Below are positions 48,731 through 59,002 of a stretch of DNA of 64,000 nt, piece by piece; within the stretch, counting starts at the first letter, position 1; each line of letters opens with the position of its first letter. A program made the position numbers and the translations under genes. The stretch comes from a virus (lineage: Duplodnaviria > Caudoviricetes), in the IMG/VR virus record IMGVR_UViG_2671180868_000001, positions 2,117-66,116 of that record, one strand, 5' to 3'. The notes beneath the pieces were generated by a model. That model was not told where the DNA came from, did not search any database, and worked only from the letters and a program-made list of their open reading frames with translations.

Positions 48731-49201
48731 ATGAAAAAACTATTAATTCTACTCTTGGCTACAATGATTTTGGCTGGATGTGCAACTCAGTCAAAGAAAG
48801 TCATTTTCAATGCAAAGTACACATCTCCTAACCTTCTACCTCATTCAAATTCTTATTCAATCGAGTACGAAGGTAGCTATTCTGAAACACGATTAATGAC
48901 AATAAATCCTGCCAGTTTCAACAAGGTGAGAGGAACACATTTGGCCTATCGGCCTAAAGTGACACTTAAATATACTATTTCACCAGAAAGTAAAGATACA
49001 TATAAACTCCAATATTCTGGAGAAGTTGATTATCTTTCCACTATAAATATTCGTGTATTCAACGGTGTTCAAACCATCGATGGCACAGTTGAGAAACATG
49101 TGGCGATCCCAACTGCGCAAATCACCGCTCACTATGGGCAACCTGTGTCACTCCAATGGCCTGATGACCTCAAAATAAAAGTGCAGGTAGACAAACAGTA
49201 A
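48731..49201 (+). CDS. Lipoprotein moron
   Basis: Lipobox LAGC; AT-rich. Confidence 0.8.
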   Translation: MKKLLILLLATMILAGCATQSKKVIFNAKYTSPNLLPHSNSYSIEYEGSYSETRLMTINPASFNKVRGTHLAYRPKVTLKYTISPESKDTYKLQYSGEVDYLSTINIRVFNGVQTIDGTVEKHVAIPTAQITAHYGQPVSLQWPDDLKIKVQVDKQ

Positions 49202-49217
49202 CTGGCAGAGCAAACGT

Positions 49218-49291
49218 TTTACTTTTTAAAACTGGCGCGCTAAATTCCAGAAAGATGCCGAAGTGAGCTTTAAAAAGCCCTTCGGTTTTTT
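49218..49291 (+). promoter_or_regulatory. pR'-like late promoter 4 with terminator
   Basis: TTTACT-17-TAAATT-4-AAAGATGC; CCGAAG...CTTCGG then a T run. Confidence 0.75.
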
Positions 49292-49482
49292 ATGCACGAA
49301 ATCTAGCCTCGACAGGTTCGCCTGCCGGTTTTTTTTTATTCCAGTTTCCCCAGCACAACGCATGTGCTTCAAACCATCGAACCTGATTAGAAATGAGCTT
49401 TTGAGGAGCCAGTACGGTTGGTACGCCTCGGTGGGCTGGTTTCCTATGCACCAAAGGTTCATTTCTAATAAAGGAGTACCAA

Positions 49483-52400
49483 GTGGCTTACGATCCGCAA
49501 CAACAACGCCCAGAAGAACAAACTACTAACAGCAATCGCGAGACGCTCAATATCCGGCAGCCAGGTGAAAATGCGAATACTGGTTTCGACTGGGGGGCCG
49601 TCAGGGCTGCGCGTGAGGCAGCAGGGCGACAGTCAAAAGCTCCGCAGGCCAATGACCCTGGCATAGGTTTAAAAGATGTACTTCTTTCCGCTGCGACGGC
49701 ACCAACAGATATCATTAGTGGCAATGCTCAGTTATTTAAGGCGGGTAATCAGCGTTTAGATGATAAAGCATCAGAATATCGAAGTGGTGAAAAGAAACCG
49801 CTGATTGATATTCCGGTTAGTCCTGAAATGTTGAGGGTGATGCAAGCGAACAGCGGCAATCTGTTATCACGTGCTGGTAATGCAGTGATTGGTGGGGTGG
49901 GTGATCTTGCTCAAAGCGCTTCGAAAGAAATCAAAAGCAATTATAGCGAGGGCGCAAAAGAAGCTGCTGCGATGGATTTTATAACTTTTGAACGTGACAA
50001 AAATAAAAATGTTACTGGGATTAAAGCTGGTGCTGGCCTATTCGATAAAGATGCATGGATGATTAATGCAATCCCATCAATATCGCAAATGTTTTTAACG
50101 GCAAGTGGGGCAAAGCTAGGGGCTAATGCGGTTGAAAGGATGGCTGAAAAGGGAGCCTACAATCGTTTAATTAAGGTGCTTCCTGAAGAGGCGGCAAGGG
50201 CCACAGCAAAAGAAACTGCTCAGATGGCAAAAAGGAGAGCCCAAGTCACGGGGTTTGTTGGCGTATCGACGGGTACCGCTCAAGGTCAAGGCGGTATTGA
50301 TATGCGTGAAGAGACTAATTCCATCCCCTTTGATCAATTACTCGAAAGCACAACATTCCAAAAAGCGTTTGCTGATATTGATAGCGACCCCTCTAATTCC
50401 TCATTAACTGACACACAAAAATTAACTTTGGCTCGAAGCCAGGTTGCAGAACAAGCTGCTAATAGTGTTACTGCTGATCCTCGGATGCTGGCTATTAATA
50501 TTGCCGCTTCTACATTGGGGGATCATACCCTAGCAAAATTGCTTACTAAAAAGATGGCAACTAAAAGTGTTATTTCTAGTGCAGCGACGGGAACCTTCGC
50601 GGAAGGCAGTACTGAGTTTGCTCAAGGTGCCTCCCAGCGATATGTCCAGAATCAGCAATTAATTAACACCGCAGGCCAAAAAATTGACCCGATGAAAGAT
50701 GTTTTTGAAACAGGGGCCAACAATGCAATTGTTGGGGGTGGGATTGGTATGGGGGCCGGTACTATCGGTGGGATTCGCGGTCGCAGATCAGCAGCAGAAA
50801 CCACGCCAGAGACCCCCGTTGATATCGAGGGTTCGCCAGTATCTGAAAATATCGATCTCTCCCAACAGCAGGAAGTTACACCGCAGCCTGAAAATCAGAC
50901 TTCCCCTGAAGTGGCAGTACAGCAAAACTCAGTTAGTGAAAATGGTGTACCCAATTCTCAGATTGATGATTTCCGCGATACCCCAGCTTACTTACGTCAG
51001 GATCCTCGGGTGCAAGGCTTTGCTGATGATAGCGATGTTCAGCGTTCACTTGCCGAACCTGTGACACAACCGACCGCACAAGATCTTATTCAGCAGCAAA
51101 TAGAGTCAGGAGAGCAAGGTTTTACACCTGATGAGTTAGCGATACTTCAGCAAGCCGACCAGATTCGAGCGCAGCGAACGGCACGCCTGCCAGCGCCCGG
51201 TAATATTCATCCGGGCGAAGGTTTCCTCATGCCGGGGCCAATTCAAGGTGATGAAACCCAAGCCGGTGCCGCGCCGCAATTTACTGCCGGGGAACAGACT
51301 CGCGGGCAAGTGTATTTGCCGAGGGAGCAGGCAGAGCAGCAAGGCGCGGTCAGAGAAACCCATACCTACGATGGGCAAACAGATCCGCAGGCTATTACCG
51401 ATAAAAACATCATCTTTGCCGAGGGGCCAGCCACTAACCCGGATGAGGTTCAGTCAGGGAAAGCGCCGCAGTTTGAGGGAGGGCAGCGTAAAGATGTGCG
51501 CCGCTTTACTGAGGCGATGGGAGCGCAGTCTGAAACAGCGATTACCGATCAGCGTCAGCGTGCGGGTGGTGTCCCTATAGATGCACGTACCGAAGCTTAT
51601 GCAAAAGGTGAAACTCTTGGCGAGTTGAGATTGCACCACGGCAAGCCATTCCCTAATGAGAAAGTGGCCAGATTCACTAAGTGGGCAAAAATGCCAGGTG
51701 CTGTTATTGAGCCAGTAGGCGACGGTTTTGGCGTGCGATTACCTGCAAAATCAACTGATAGCGGTATTGCATCAACCAAAGAGGGGCATATTGAATCAGG
51801 AACTCCACAAGGCGAGTTGAGATTGCACCACGGCAAGCCATTCCCCAATGAAAAAGTAGCCAGATTCACGAAATGGGCCAAGATGCCGGGGGCGGTGATT
51901 GAACCGGTTGGTGATGGTTTTGGTGTGCGATTGCCACCTGAGCCAACAACGGCAAATACGAAAACAGCGCCCTCTAATGAGGGCGTTGTGGCGTCTGGTG
52001 AGCAGCAAGTCGGTGAATTAAGACTGCATCTCGGCAAACCCTTCAACAGTGAGAAAGTCGCTAAGTATTCCAAATGGGGCAAGGTGCCTGGTGCCACGAT
52101 TGAACCTGTAGGAAAGGGGTACGGTGTCCGCTTACCTGTACCTGAGCCAGTGGGGCAAGCCAAAAATAGGGACGCCAAAATTGATGATTTTGGTGAGGAA
52201 CTTAAGGGGGCGGCGAAGCATAAATGGGGCCAATTGGCAGAGTCACTGAAAGCCGATCATGATATTGAAGAAATTAAGAAACAGCCTCTTTCGAAACTAT
52301 TCCCGCACCCTGATTACACCAAAATGCATGAGAATGGCATTGAACCAGAGAAACTGGCATTGCTTGCGGCATTACGTTCGTTTATCCCCACCAAGCCGGG

Positions 52401-55400
52401 ATCCCCTTATAAGCTTAATCAGTGGGCTGAACAGGTTAAGGGGGTTCGTGATTTAGCGAGTTCCATTATCAATAGTCATGCGAGTGTTGACGATATAAAA
52501 ACCATTTTTCGCAGTAAGTCCTCCTTGCGTTCTGCCGCTGATACCATTGATCTGATCTCACAGTTCAAACCTGCGCAAATGGCAGAGGCGTCTAAATATA
52601 CGATCCATTCCGGTCATTACACCTATTTTGACGGCAAGAGCTATCCCGGCGGTAAAACACTGTATCAGCTGGTCGCGCCAAGGGGAGTGATAGCAAATAT
52701 TTCAGCGGGATCCATGGCGGAAATATTACCCAAAGCCAAGGCCTTTATCGAGACTCAGCTCAATAGTGATAAAGGGGAAGCAGCCCCTAAACAGGCTAAG
52801 TTAGAGATCTACACTCGGCGGGCAGATAAGAGCGTGTTTATTGGCTACAAAGGGGCTATGGGCGTTTTGCCGCTTAAAGCGGGCTTCAAAACACCCAACG
52901 AGGCAGGAGCTTATCTGGCAGAGAATCGCGCTGAAATTGAAGCCAAACTGGATAAATTACGCAAAGTCTCTCGCGAGGAACAACGCAAAGCGACTAATGA
53001 GCCACGTACTGGTATTGAGCGTCGTAAGGGTAATGTGACGCCTGAACAATTTAGTGATGCCTTCGGCTTCCGCGGGGTGCAGTTTGGTAACTATGTTGAG
53101 GGGCCACGCCGTCAATCTGAATTAAACGACGCCTATGACTCCCTGATCGATATGGCCGAATTACTGAGTGTGCCGACCAAAGCTCTCTCTCTCAATGGTG
53201 AATTGGGGCTGGCATTTGGCGCACGGGGTAAGGGCGGAACCAAAGCCCATTATGAGCCAGGGCAAGTGGTTATCAATCTCACCAAAGGTAATGGCGCAGG
53301 CTCGCTAGCGCATGAGTGGTTCCATGCACTGGATAACTATTTTGGCACCTATGATGTACATGGCGAGGCATCCGGTAAGCGTTCATCAGAATTTATTACC
53401 GATCGTAAACGTCCGCACTATGAATTTAGCGGTGGTAAAAGGCAAGAAATCATCCATCCAGTCCGGCAAGAAGTGCATGACGCCTTTAAACGTGCCGTCG
53501 ATAAAGTTACCCATAGTGGAATGAGGGAGCGGGCTGCATTGCTGGACGGTGGCCGAAGCAAAGCTTACTGGACGACTAAACTGGAAATGTCAGCGCGAGC
53601 CTTTGAACGTTATCTGCTGGATAAAGCACAGAGTAAAGGCATCACGAACGACTACTTGGTTAACCTGCGCAAAGCTGACGAACATGCAAACCCTGAAACT
53701 TATGCCTATCCAACTGAAGCTGAATTAAACGGCGGAGTGCGTCAGGCATTTGATCACCTATTCCAAACCCTCAATACCAAGCCAACCGATAAAGGTATCA
53801 CTTTCTATTCGCGTAAGGGGACTGACATTGGCAAAGGCAATGTGATTTCAGATACCGGTCACACCGCTGCGGGTGAAAAGCCTACTCAGGGGATACGTCA
53901 AGGGAGAGCCCAAGTCATCGCGGATGTGTGGGTGCGCAACTTGAATGGTGCAGCCAAAATCAAAGTTAAGGTAGTGCAAACCCAAGCTGAAGCGGCTGCC
54001 ATGATGCCGAGCGGGATCCCGCAAGAATTCGGCATTGTCCATGCCATATATCAACCGGAACTCAGCCGGGTGATTGTGGTAGCGGATAACATTACTTCTG
54101 ACCGCGAGCTTCGGGCTAAATTGCGTCATGAGGTCTTGGCGCACCACGGGCTAGCTTCCGTCATTGGCGATGTGGAATATGATCGTATCATGCGTGTGTT
54201 ACATCAAACGCGTGACAGCAAAAATAAAGAAATTCAGGATGTTTGGCGGGAAGTCGATAAATCATACCGCAATGAGTCTCTCGAAATGCAGGCTAATGAG
54301 TTTTTGGCTCACATGGCTGAGCGTTCAGAACTCACCGGCCTTGGAGCGATGTGGGACCGTTTTGTTTCTGTGCTGATCAATGCATTGAAGAAAGCCGGAA
54401 TAATGAACGCGAGTGATATTTCCCCAACGGAAATACGTAATATTCTGCGCACCGTCGCCGGGCGGTTTAAAAAGACGGCTATGTATGATGGCGAACAACC
54501 GGGGACGCGGGAGTTTGATAATACTTTCTCACGCTCTGATGCCCTCTATTCCCGCACCGCCAATCCAGCAATGGACACCGAAACCAACCGCAAAATGGGC
54601 TTTAACGTTGAGCCGGGGTGGTTTGATAAGGCCAAGACTTTCTACGGCACCGTGACCAGCAAAGATAAAACGGAACTGAAAGCCTGGCTAAAAGAAACCG
54701 GTCGTAAACTCAATACTAAAACCTTTGATGGCATGGCTCCGCTGAAGTATGCCGAGGATGCGGCTGGTATCAATGATGCACGAAGTTCTGCCTACATTGG
54801 AGCGCGTATGGCTGCCGGGGCAGGCTCTGTGACTGCTGCCACTTTAGAGCATGGCTTGCCGCGCTATAACAAAGCCGAAGGGATAGTAGAGCGACAATCC
54901 GGTACCGGTAAAGAGGACGCTCTTATGGGTATTCTCGACGGACTGGGAAACTATCGGGAAAACTTCTTTAAATGGATCGCCGGCCATCGCTCTGAACGAC
55001 TGATGAAAGAGGGCAAAGAGAACAACTTTAATGCCGACGAAATTGCTTATATGAAAACCCTTAACCGGGGTAATGAGGCTTTATTCGAAGGTCAGAAGAA
55101 AAAGTATGATGCCTTTATTAAATCGATTCTGGATCTGCAACAGGATATGGGATTGATTGATCCAGAAAGCCGCGCACAGTGGGAGGATGCCTGGTACTTG
55201 CCCTATTACCGTGAAGCAGAAAATGGCGAGGTGAAGGGGCCGTGGACCAGCAAAGGCATTGCTAACCAGAGCAGTACCGTGCGCAAGTTAAAAGGCAGCG
55301 ATTTGACCATTAAGGATCCTATCGAAAACCTGTTTAACTACGTGGCGAAATCGGTTGATGCTTCGATGAAAAATGAAGCAATGCGCAGGTCAGTGGTGAA

Positions 55401-57141
55401 CCTTGCTGATACTGGTGTGCTGGAGGTGATTGAATCACCGAACAAGATGGACTTTGAGCGCATCGGCAAAGATGTGGTGAAGGTGTTTGTTGATGGTCAG
55501 GAGAAACTGGTACGGGTTAATGATCCTGAACTGTATCGCGCTTTTACTATGATTGACCTTGAGCGCAGTAATTCCACCTTTATGAAAGCGGCCCGCCAGG
55601 CTAAAAAGGTGCTGACCGTCAGCACCACATCCATGCCTGACTTTATCATCCGTAACTTTATGCGTGACTCTATTCATTCATGGGCTATTAACAAAGATGG
55701 TTTTAAGCCTGTTACCGCTTCATGGGCCGGATTTAAAAAAGCATTACGCACTGATGATAGCCTGGTGGATATGATGTTTGCCGGTGCCACTTTTGGTGGT
55801 GGTTATTCGAATGTTTATGATCCGGCATCGACTGCTAAAACCATTCGTAGTGTTCTACGGCGTAAAGGTTACAACGATAGTCAGATACAAGAATTTGAGT
55901 CCTCAATTGCCCGCAACAGCAAAGAGGTAATGGGCAAGATTGAACAGGGTTTGCATAAATATAAAAATCTCAGCGAAGCGGCGGAGAATGCTAACCGACT
56001 GGCCACTTATGAGGCCGCCATTAAATCGGGGAAAAGTAAGGCTCAGGCAGCTTTTGAATCTCGCGACTTAATGGACTTCAGCATGATGGGGGCCAGTAAA
56101 ATCATGATAAACCTGAGTGATATGCTGCCGTTCTTCAACGCCCGCATGCAGGGGCTGAGTAAATTAGGCCGTGGTATCAAAGAGGACCCGCGTGAGGTAC
56201 TAAAGCGTGGAGGTATGATTACAGCGGCTTCTCTGGCACTGATGGCGCTGAATTGGGATGATAAACGTTATGAAGAGCTACAGGACTGGGATAAAGACAC
56301 TTATTGGCATGTATGGATTGGTGATCAACATATTCGCTTTCCAAAACCGTTCGAGTTTGGCGCGATATTTGGCACTTTACCTGAGCGATTTGTCCGCGCG
56401 CTGGGCGGTAAAGATACCGGGGCTAAATTTGGCAAGCTGGTGGCACATAACTTTATGGAAACGATGGCATTCAACCCTATCCCACAAGTCGCGATGCCGA
56501 TTGCCGAGGCTTATGTTAACTATGATTTCTTCAAAGGTGGGCCGATTGAGAACATGGCCGACAGCAATTTGATGGCCGGGGCCCGTTATAATGACCAGAC
56601 CAGCCTGTTAATGCGTGAAATAGGTGAGGCGACCAATATGTCACCGAAGATGCTGGATCATATTGTGATGGGTTACACCGGCAGCTTGGGCGGCTATGTG
56701 ATGGGGGCGACCAATCTTCTGATGCGTAACCTGAAAGACTACGGCGAAACCCCGGCCATGCGGTTGGATGAGTTACCGGTGATTAAATCATTCTTCAGAG
56801 GTTCAGATCCGGCCAAGTCTACCCAGTTCACTGAAGATTTTTACCGCATGATGACCGAAGCCAACCAGATCAACAGCACTATTAACAGCTTCCGTAAGCA
56901 GGGGCGTGGCGATGATGCTAATGAGTTGATAGAGGAAAATAGAGGGAAATTATCGCAGCGTCAGGGGCTAACAGCGACGCAAAAGCAAGTGAAAGCACTG
57001 AATGCCCAGATTGAAATGATGAGGCGGGATCGGATACTCACGGCGGATCAGAAAAGAGAAAAAATTGACCGGCTGATGGCGACCAGAAATAAACTGGTAC
57101 AGCAGGCGGTGGAAAGTGTGAATCCGTATTTTAATAAGTGA
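49483..57141 (+). CDS. Giant polyvalent internal virion/ejection protein (LPD1-like, zincin-like, LPD38-like)
   Basis: 2552 aa; GSLAHEWFHALD, LRHEVLAHHG, WDKDTYW..FPKPFE; last morphogenesis gene, as in 933W. Confidence 0.85.
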   Translation: MAYDPQQQRPEEQTTNSNRETLNIRQPGENANTGFDWGAVRAAREAAGRQSKAPQANDPGIGLKDVLLSAATAPTDIISGNAQLFKAGNQRLDDKASEYRSGEKKPLIDIPVSPEMLRVMQANSGNLLSRAGNAVIGGVGDLAQSASKEIKSNYSEGAKEAAAMDFITFERDKNKNVTGIKAGAGLFDKDAWMINAIPSISQMFLTASGAKLGANAVERMAEKGAYNRLIKVLPEEAARATAKETAQMAKRRAQVTGFVGVSTGTAQGQGGIDMREETNSIPFDQLLESTTFQKAFADIDSDPSNSSLTDTQKLTLARSQVAEQAANSVTADPRMLAINIAASTLGDHTLAKLLTKKMATKSVISSAATGTFAEGSTEFAQGASQRYVQNQQLINTAGQKIDPMKDVFETGANNAIVGGGIGMGAGTIGGIRGRRSAAETTPETPVDIEGSPVSENIDLSQQQEVTPQPENQTSPEVAVQQNSVSENGVPNSQIDDFRDTPAYLRQDPRVQGFADDSDVQRSLAEPVTQPTAQDLIQQQIESGEQGFTPDELAILQQADQIRAQRTARLPAPGNIHPGEGFLMPGPIQGDETQAGAAPQFTAGEQTRGQVYLPREQAEQQGAVRETHTYDGQTDPQAITDKNIIFAEGPATNPDEVQSGKAPQFEGGQRKDVRRFTEAMGAQSETAITDQRQRAGGVPIDARTEAYAKGETLGELRLHHGKPFPNEKVARFTKWAKMPGAVIEPVGDGFGVRLPAKSTDSGIASTKEGHIESGTPQGELRLHHGKPFPNEKVARFTKWAKMPGAVIEPVGDGFGVRLPPEPTTANTKTAPSNEGVVASGEQQVGELRLHLGKPFNSEKVAKYSKWGKVPGATIEPVGKGYGVRLPVPEPVGQAKNRDAKIDDFGEELKGAAKHKWGQLAESLKADHDIEEIKKQPLSKLFPHPDYTKMHENGIEPEKLALLAALRSFIPTKPGSPYKLNQWAEQVKGVRDLASSIINSHASVDDIKTIFRSKSSLRSAADTIDLISQFKPAQMAEASKYTIHSGHYTYFDGKSYPGGKTLYQLVAPRGVIANISAGSMAEILPKAKAFIETQLNSDKGEAAPKQAKLEIYTRRADKSVFIGYKGAMGVLPLKAGFKTPNEAGAYLAENRAEIEAKLDKLRKVSREEQRKATNEPRTGIERRKGNVTPEQFSDAFGFRGVQFGNYVEGPRRQSELNDAYDSLIDMAELLSVPTKALSLNGELGLAFGARGKGGTKAHYEPGQVVINLTKGNGAGSLAHEWFHALDNYFGTYDVHGEASGKRSSEFITDRKRPHYEFSGGKRQEIIHPVRQEVHDAFKRAVDKVTHSGMRERAALLDGGRSKAYWTTKLEMSARAFERYLLDKAQSKGITNDYLVNLRKADEHANPETYAYPTEAELNGGVRQAFDHLFQTLNTKPTDKGITFYSRKGTDIGKGNVISDTGHTAAGEKPTQGIRQGRAQVIADVWVRNLNGAAKIKVKVVQTQAEAAAMMPSGIPQEFGIVHAIYQPELSRVIVVADNITSDRELRAKLRHEVLAHHGLASVIGDVEYDRIMRVLHQTRDSKNKEIQDVWREVDKSYRNESLEMQANEFLAHMAERSELTGLGAMWDRFVSVLINALKKAGIMNASDISPTEIRNILRTVAGRFKKTAMYDGEQPGTREFDNTFSRSDALYSRTANPAMDTETNRKMGFNVEPGWFDKAKTFYGTVTSKDKTELKAWLKETGRKLNTKTFDGMAPLKYAEDAAGINDARSSAYIGARMAAGAGSVTAATLEHGLPRYNKAEGIVERQSGTGKEDALMGILDGLGNYRENFFKWIAGHRSERLMKEGKENNFNADEIAYMKTLNRGNEALFEGQKKKYDAFIKSILDLQQDMGLIDPESRAQWEDAWYLPYYREAENGEVKGPWTSKGIANQSSTVRKLKGSDLTIKDPIENLFNYVAKSVDASMKNEAMRRSVVNLADTGVLEVIESPNKMDFERIGKDVVKVFVDGQEKLVRVNDPELYRAFTMIDLERSNSTFMKAARQAKKVLTVSTTSMPDFIIRNFMRDSIHSWAINKDGFKPVTASWAGFKKALRTDDSLVDMMFAGATFGGGYSNVYDPASTAKTIRSVLRRKGYNDSQIQEFESSIARNSKEVMGKIEQGLHKYKNLSEAAENANRLATYEAAIKSGKSKAQAAFESRDLMDFSMMGASKIMINLSDMLPFFNARMQGLSKLGRGIKEDPREVLKRGGMITAASLALMALNWDDKRYEELQDWDKDTYWHVWIGDQHIRFPKPFEFGAIFGTLPERFVRALGGKDTGAKFGKLVAHNFMETMAFNPIPQVAMPIAEAYVNYDFFKGGPIENMADSNLMAGARYNDQTSLLMREIGEATNMSPKMLDHIVMGYTGSLGGYVMGATNLLMRNLKDYGETPAMRLDELPVIKSFFRGSDPAKSTQFTEDFYRMMTEANQINSTINSFRKQGRGDDANELIEENRGKLSQRQGLTATQKQVKALNAQIEMMRRDRILTADQKREKIDRLMATRNKLVQQAVESVNPYFNK

Positions 57142-57292
57142 ATTGAAGGGGAGTTTGGAAAGACTCCCTGATTTATTAGTTTTTGGGTAAAGTGATTTTG
57201 TTATGGTTACATATGGTTTGGCTTGCCAATTCGATAGCAATCTCAGCTAGGTGCAATAGTTCAGGCCATCGGCTAAATGCCAGAAGCAGGAA

Positions 57293-59002
57293 TTACATAA
57301 ATTCTGTAACTTCACTTGTCTTGACTACATAGAAGTCTCTCGCTTCTGATACAAGCCTATCAACCTTAATACCTACATTACCGCTGCTAACCTTTTCATA
57401 GGCTACTTTGTCTATCTCAATGCCTTCGATAGAAAGCAGGTGCCAATGGTTCTCATTGTCCTGAACTGCTATTTTGTCGGTCTTTGAGACTGAAAAAGAG
57501 CTACCTTCAGGAATGATGAGAGAGTAAACCAGTGCTTTACTGTAGCAGTGATTAAAATCCAGCTTGTGTAGGCTGTTTCTGAAGTCGATCAGGCCTTCTT
57601 GTTTGAAGGCTTCACGAACAGCTTCTTTGCTGATAACGCCAACTTCAATCATGTGGTAAATGTTAAACAGCTCATAGGTAAACGTCATACCCCGATTAGC
57701 GATCTCAGCATCAGTAATCTGGTTCTCGTTAAAAGGTATCTGTTCTCTTTCTTTAGGTGCTTTATATCGCTGATGGTTTACTACGTATACAGCTTTGTAT
57801 GTATTTCCCGGAAATGCTTTCTTTCTACGCAGTGCGATTTTAGAGATCTGAGCACACTGAGCATCAGTTGAGGTGCCTCCAATGCCTTTCACTTCAAGTA
57901 AAAAATGGATGCTGTTATACTCGAAGTTCAAATCCTCTTCAAAGACTTCTCCTGCATCAACATCGACATTTTTATCAGGATCGACAACGTCAGTAAAACC
58001 TATATATTCAAGGAACCATTTAACAGATGGTACGAGATTATCACCAGTTTCTTTTAGCATATTACGAAGTTTTACATTCTTATCTTTATTATGAATGTTT
58101 TCATATTCTTCTTTTAATGTGGCTAAATTTTTTTCATGCCGCTTAATCTCTTCGTCAATATCTATAGACTTATTTCTTTCTTCTATAGAGATATATGAAT
58201 AGTCTTTAACCCACCTAAAGCTACCATGGTTTGGGAATATATCTTTGAAAATAGACAAATCAGCTAAAACTTTATCAAATAGCTCTAAAAGGAAAGCGGC
58301 TTTATTATCTATTTTTGGCAGTAAAAATACTATTTTATCCCCCATAAACCTTATAAAAGATACTACTTCATCTGCTTCATTTAACAATAGCGGAATATCT
58401 TCGTATTGAGAGTCTCTGTATGTATGAAACATGAAGTTATAGCAAGAACCTGGCAAATACTTCTCAATACATTGTTTCATTGTTAAAGCTGTGTCACCCG
58501 GAGCAACTTTCATTCTACTACCAGAACGCTGGTGTAATATTATTCTATAATCATTAGGAAAACAGTATGTACTTGCTTGATACTGGTTTCTTCCTCCTGC
58601 TTCGTTTTCTACTGTATAAGTCTCATCATTGTAGCTTTCGCAAAAAACAACTAAGAGTTGCTTTTTTTTAGTCGAGAAAATGTTTTTTAATACGGCGGAC
58701 ATATCGAGAGGAAAGAGATCGACATAACTCGGTGTATGTCTATATCTTATATTTATTGGCGAATTGCGATTAGTTATTAATCCATTTCTTAAGGCAGTAT
58801 CAATAACCACAATTTCAGCCTCGTGCATATTTGAAGGAAGAACATGTGAGTATGGAACGGAAATGCTGGTAAAGCTTGAAGGCGTGTATGTTTGAAAACC
58901 ATTCATCCAATAGTGGCTAACATTAAAAGTGGGACTAAGTGCTTTTTCTACAGTTGTAGTGGTATTTAAAAGATAAATGAGGGGTCTACTATTAGGGTTC
59001 AT
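57293..59002 (-). CDS. AT-rich moron with coiled coil and PD-(D/E)xK-like nuclease
   Basis: EEDLNFEYNSIHFLLEVKG...CAQ...VYVVNHQR. Confidence 0.7.
   Translation of the reverse strand: MNPNSRPLIYLLNTTTTVEKALSPTFNVSHYWMNGFQTYTPSSFTSISVPYSHVLPSNMHEAEIVVIDTALRNGLITNRNSPINIRYRHTPSYVDLFPLDMSAVLKNIFSTKKKQLLVVFCESYNDETYTVENEAGGRNQYQASTYCFPNDYRIILHQRSGSRMKVAPGDTALTMKQCIEKYLPGSCYNFMFHTYRDSQYEDIPLLLNEADEVVSFIRFMGDKIVFLLPKIDNKAAFLLELFDKVLADLSIFKDIFPNHGSFRWVKDYSYISIEERNKSIDIDEEIKRHEKNLATLKEEYENIHNKDKNVKLRNMLKETGDNLVPSVKWFLEYIGFTDVVDPDKNVDVDAGEVFEEDLNFEYNSIHFLLEVKGIGGTSTDAQCAQISKIALRRKKAFPGNTYKAVYVVNHQRYKAPKEREQIPFNENQITDAEIANRGMTFTYELFNIYHMIEVGVISKEAVREAFKQEGLIDFRNSLHKLDFNHCYSKALVYSLIIPEGSSFSVSKTDKIAVQDNENHWHLLSIEGIEIDKVAYEKVSSGNVGIKVDRLVSEARDFYVVKTSEVTEFM

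Noticed and set aside
9386-58094. Many antisense or alternate-frame ORFs in the track (e.g. 9386-10006, 19075-19548, 51597-52178)
   Set aside because: Shadows of well-supported genes, with no RBS or motifs
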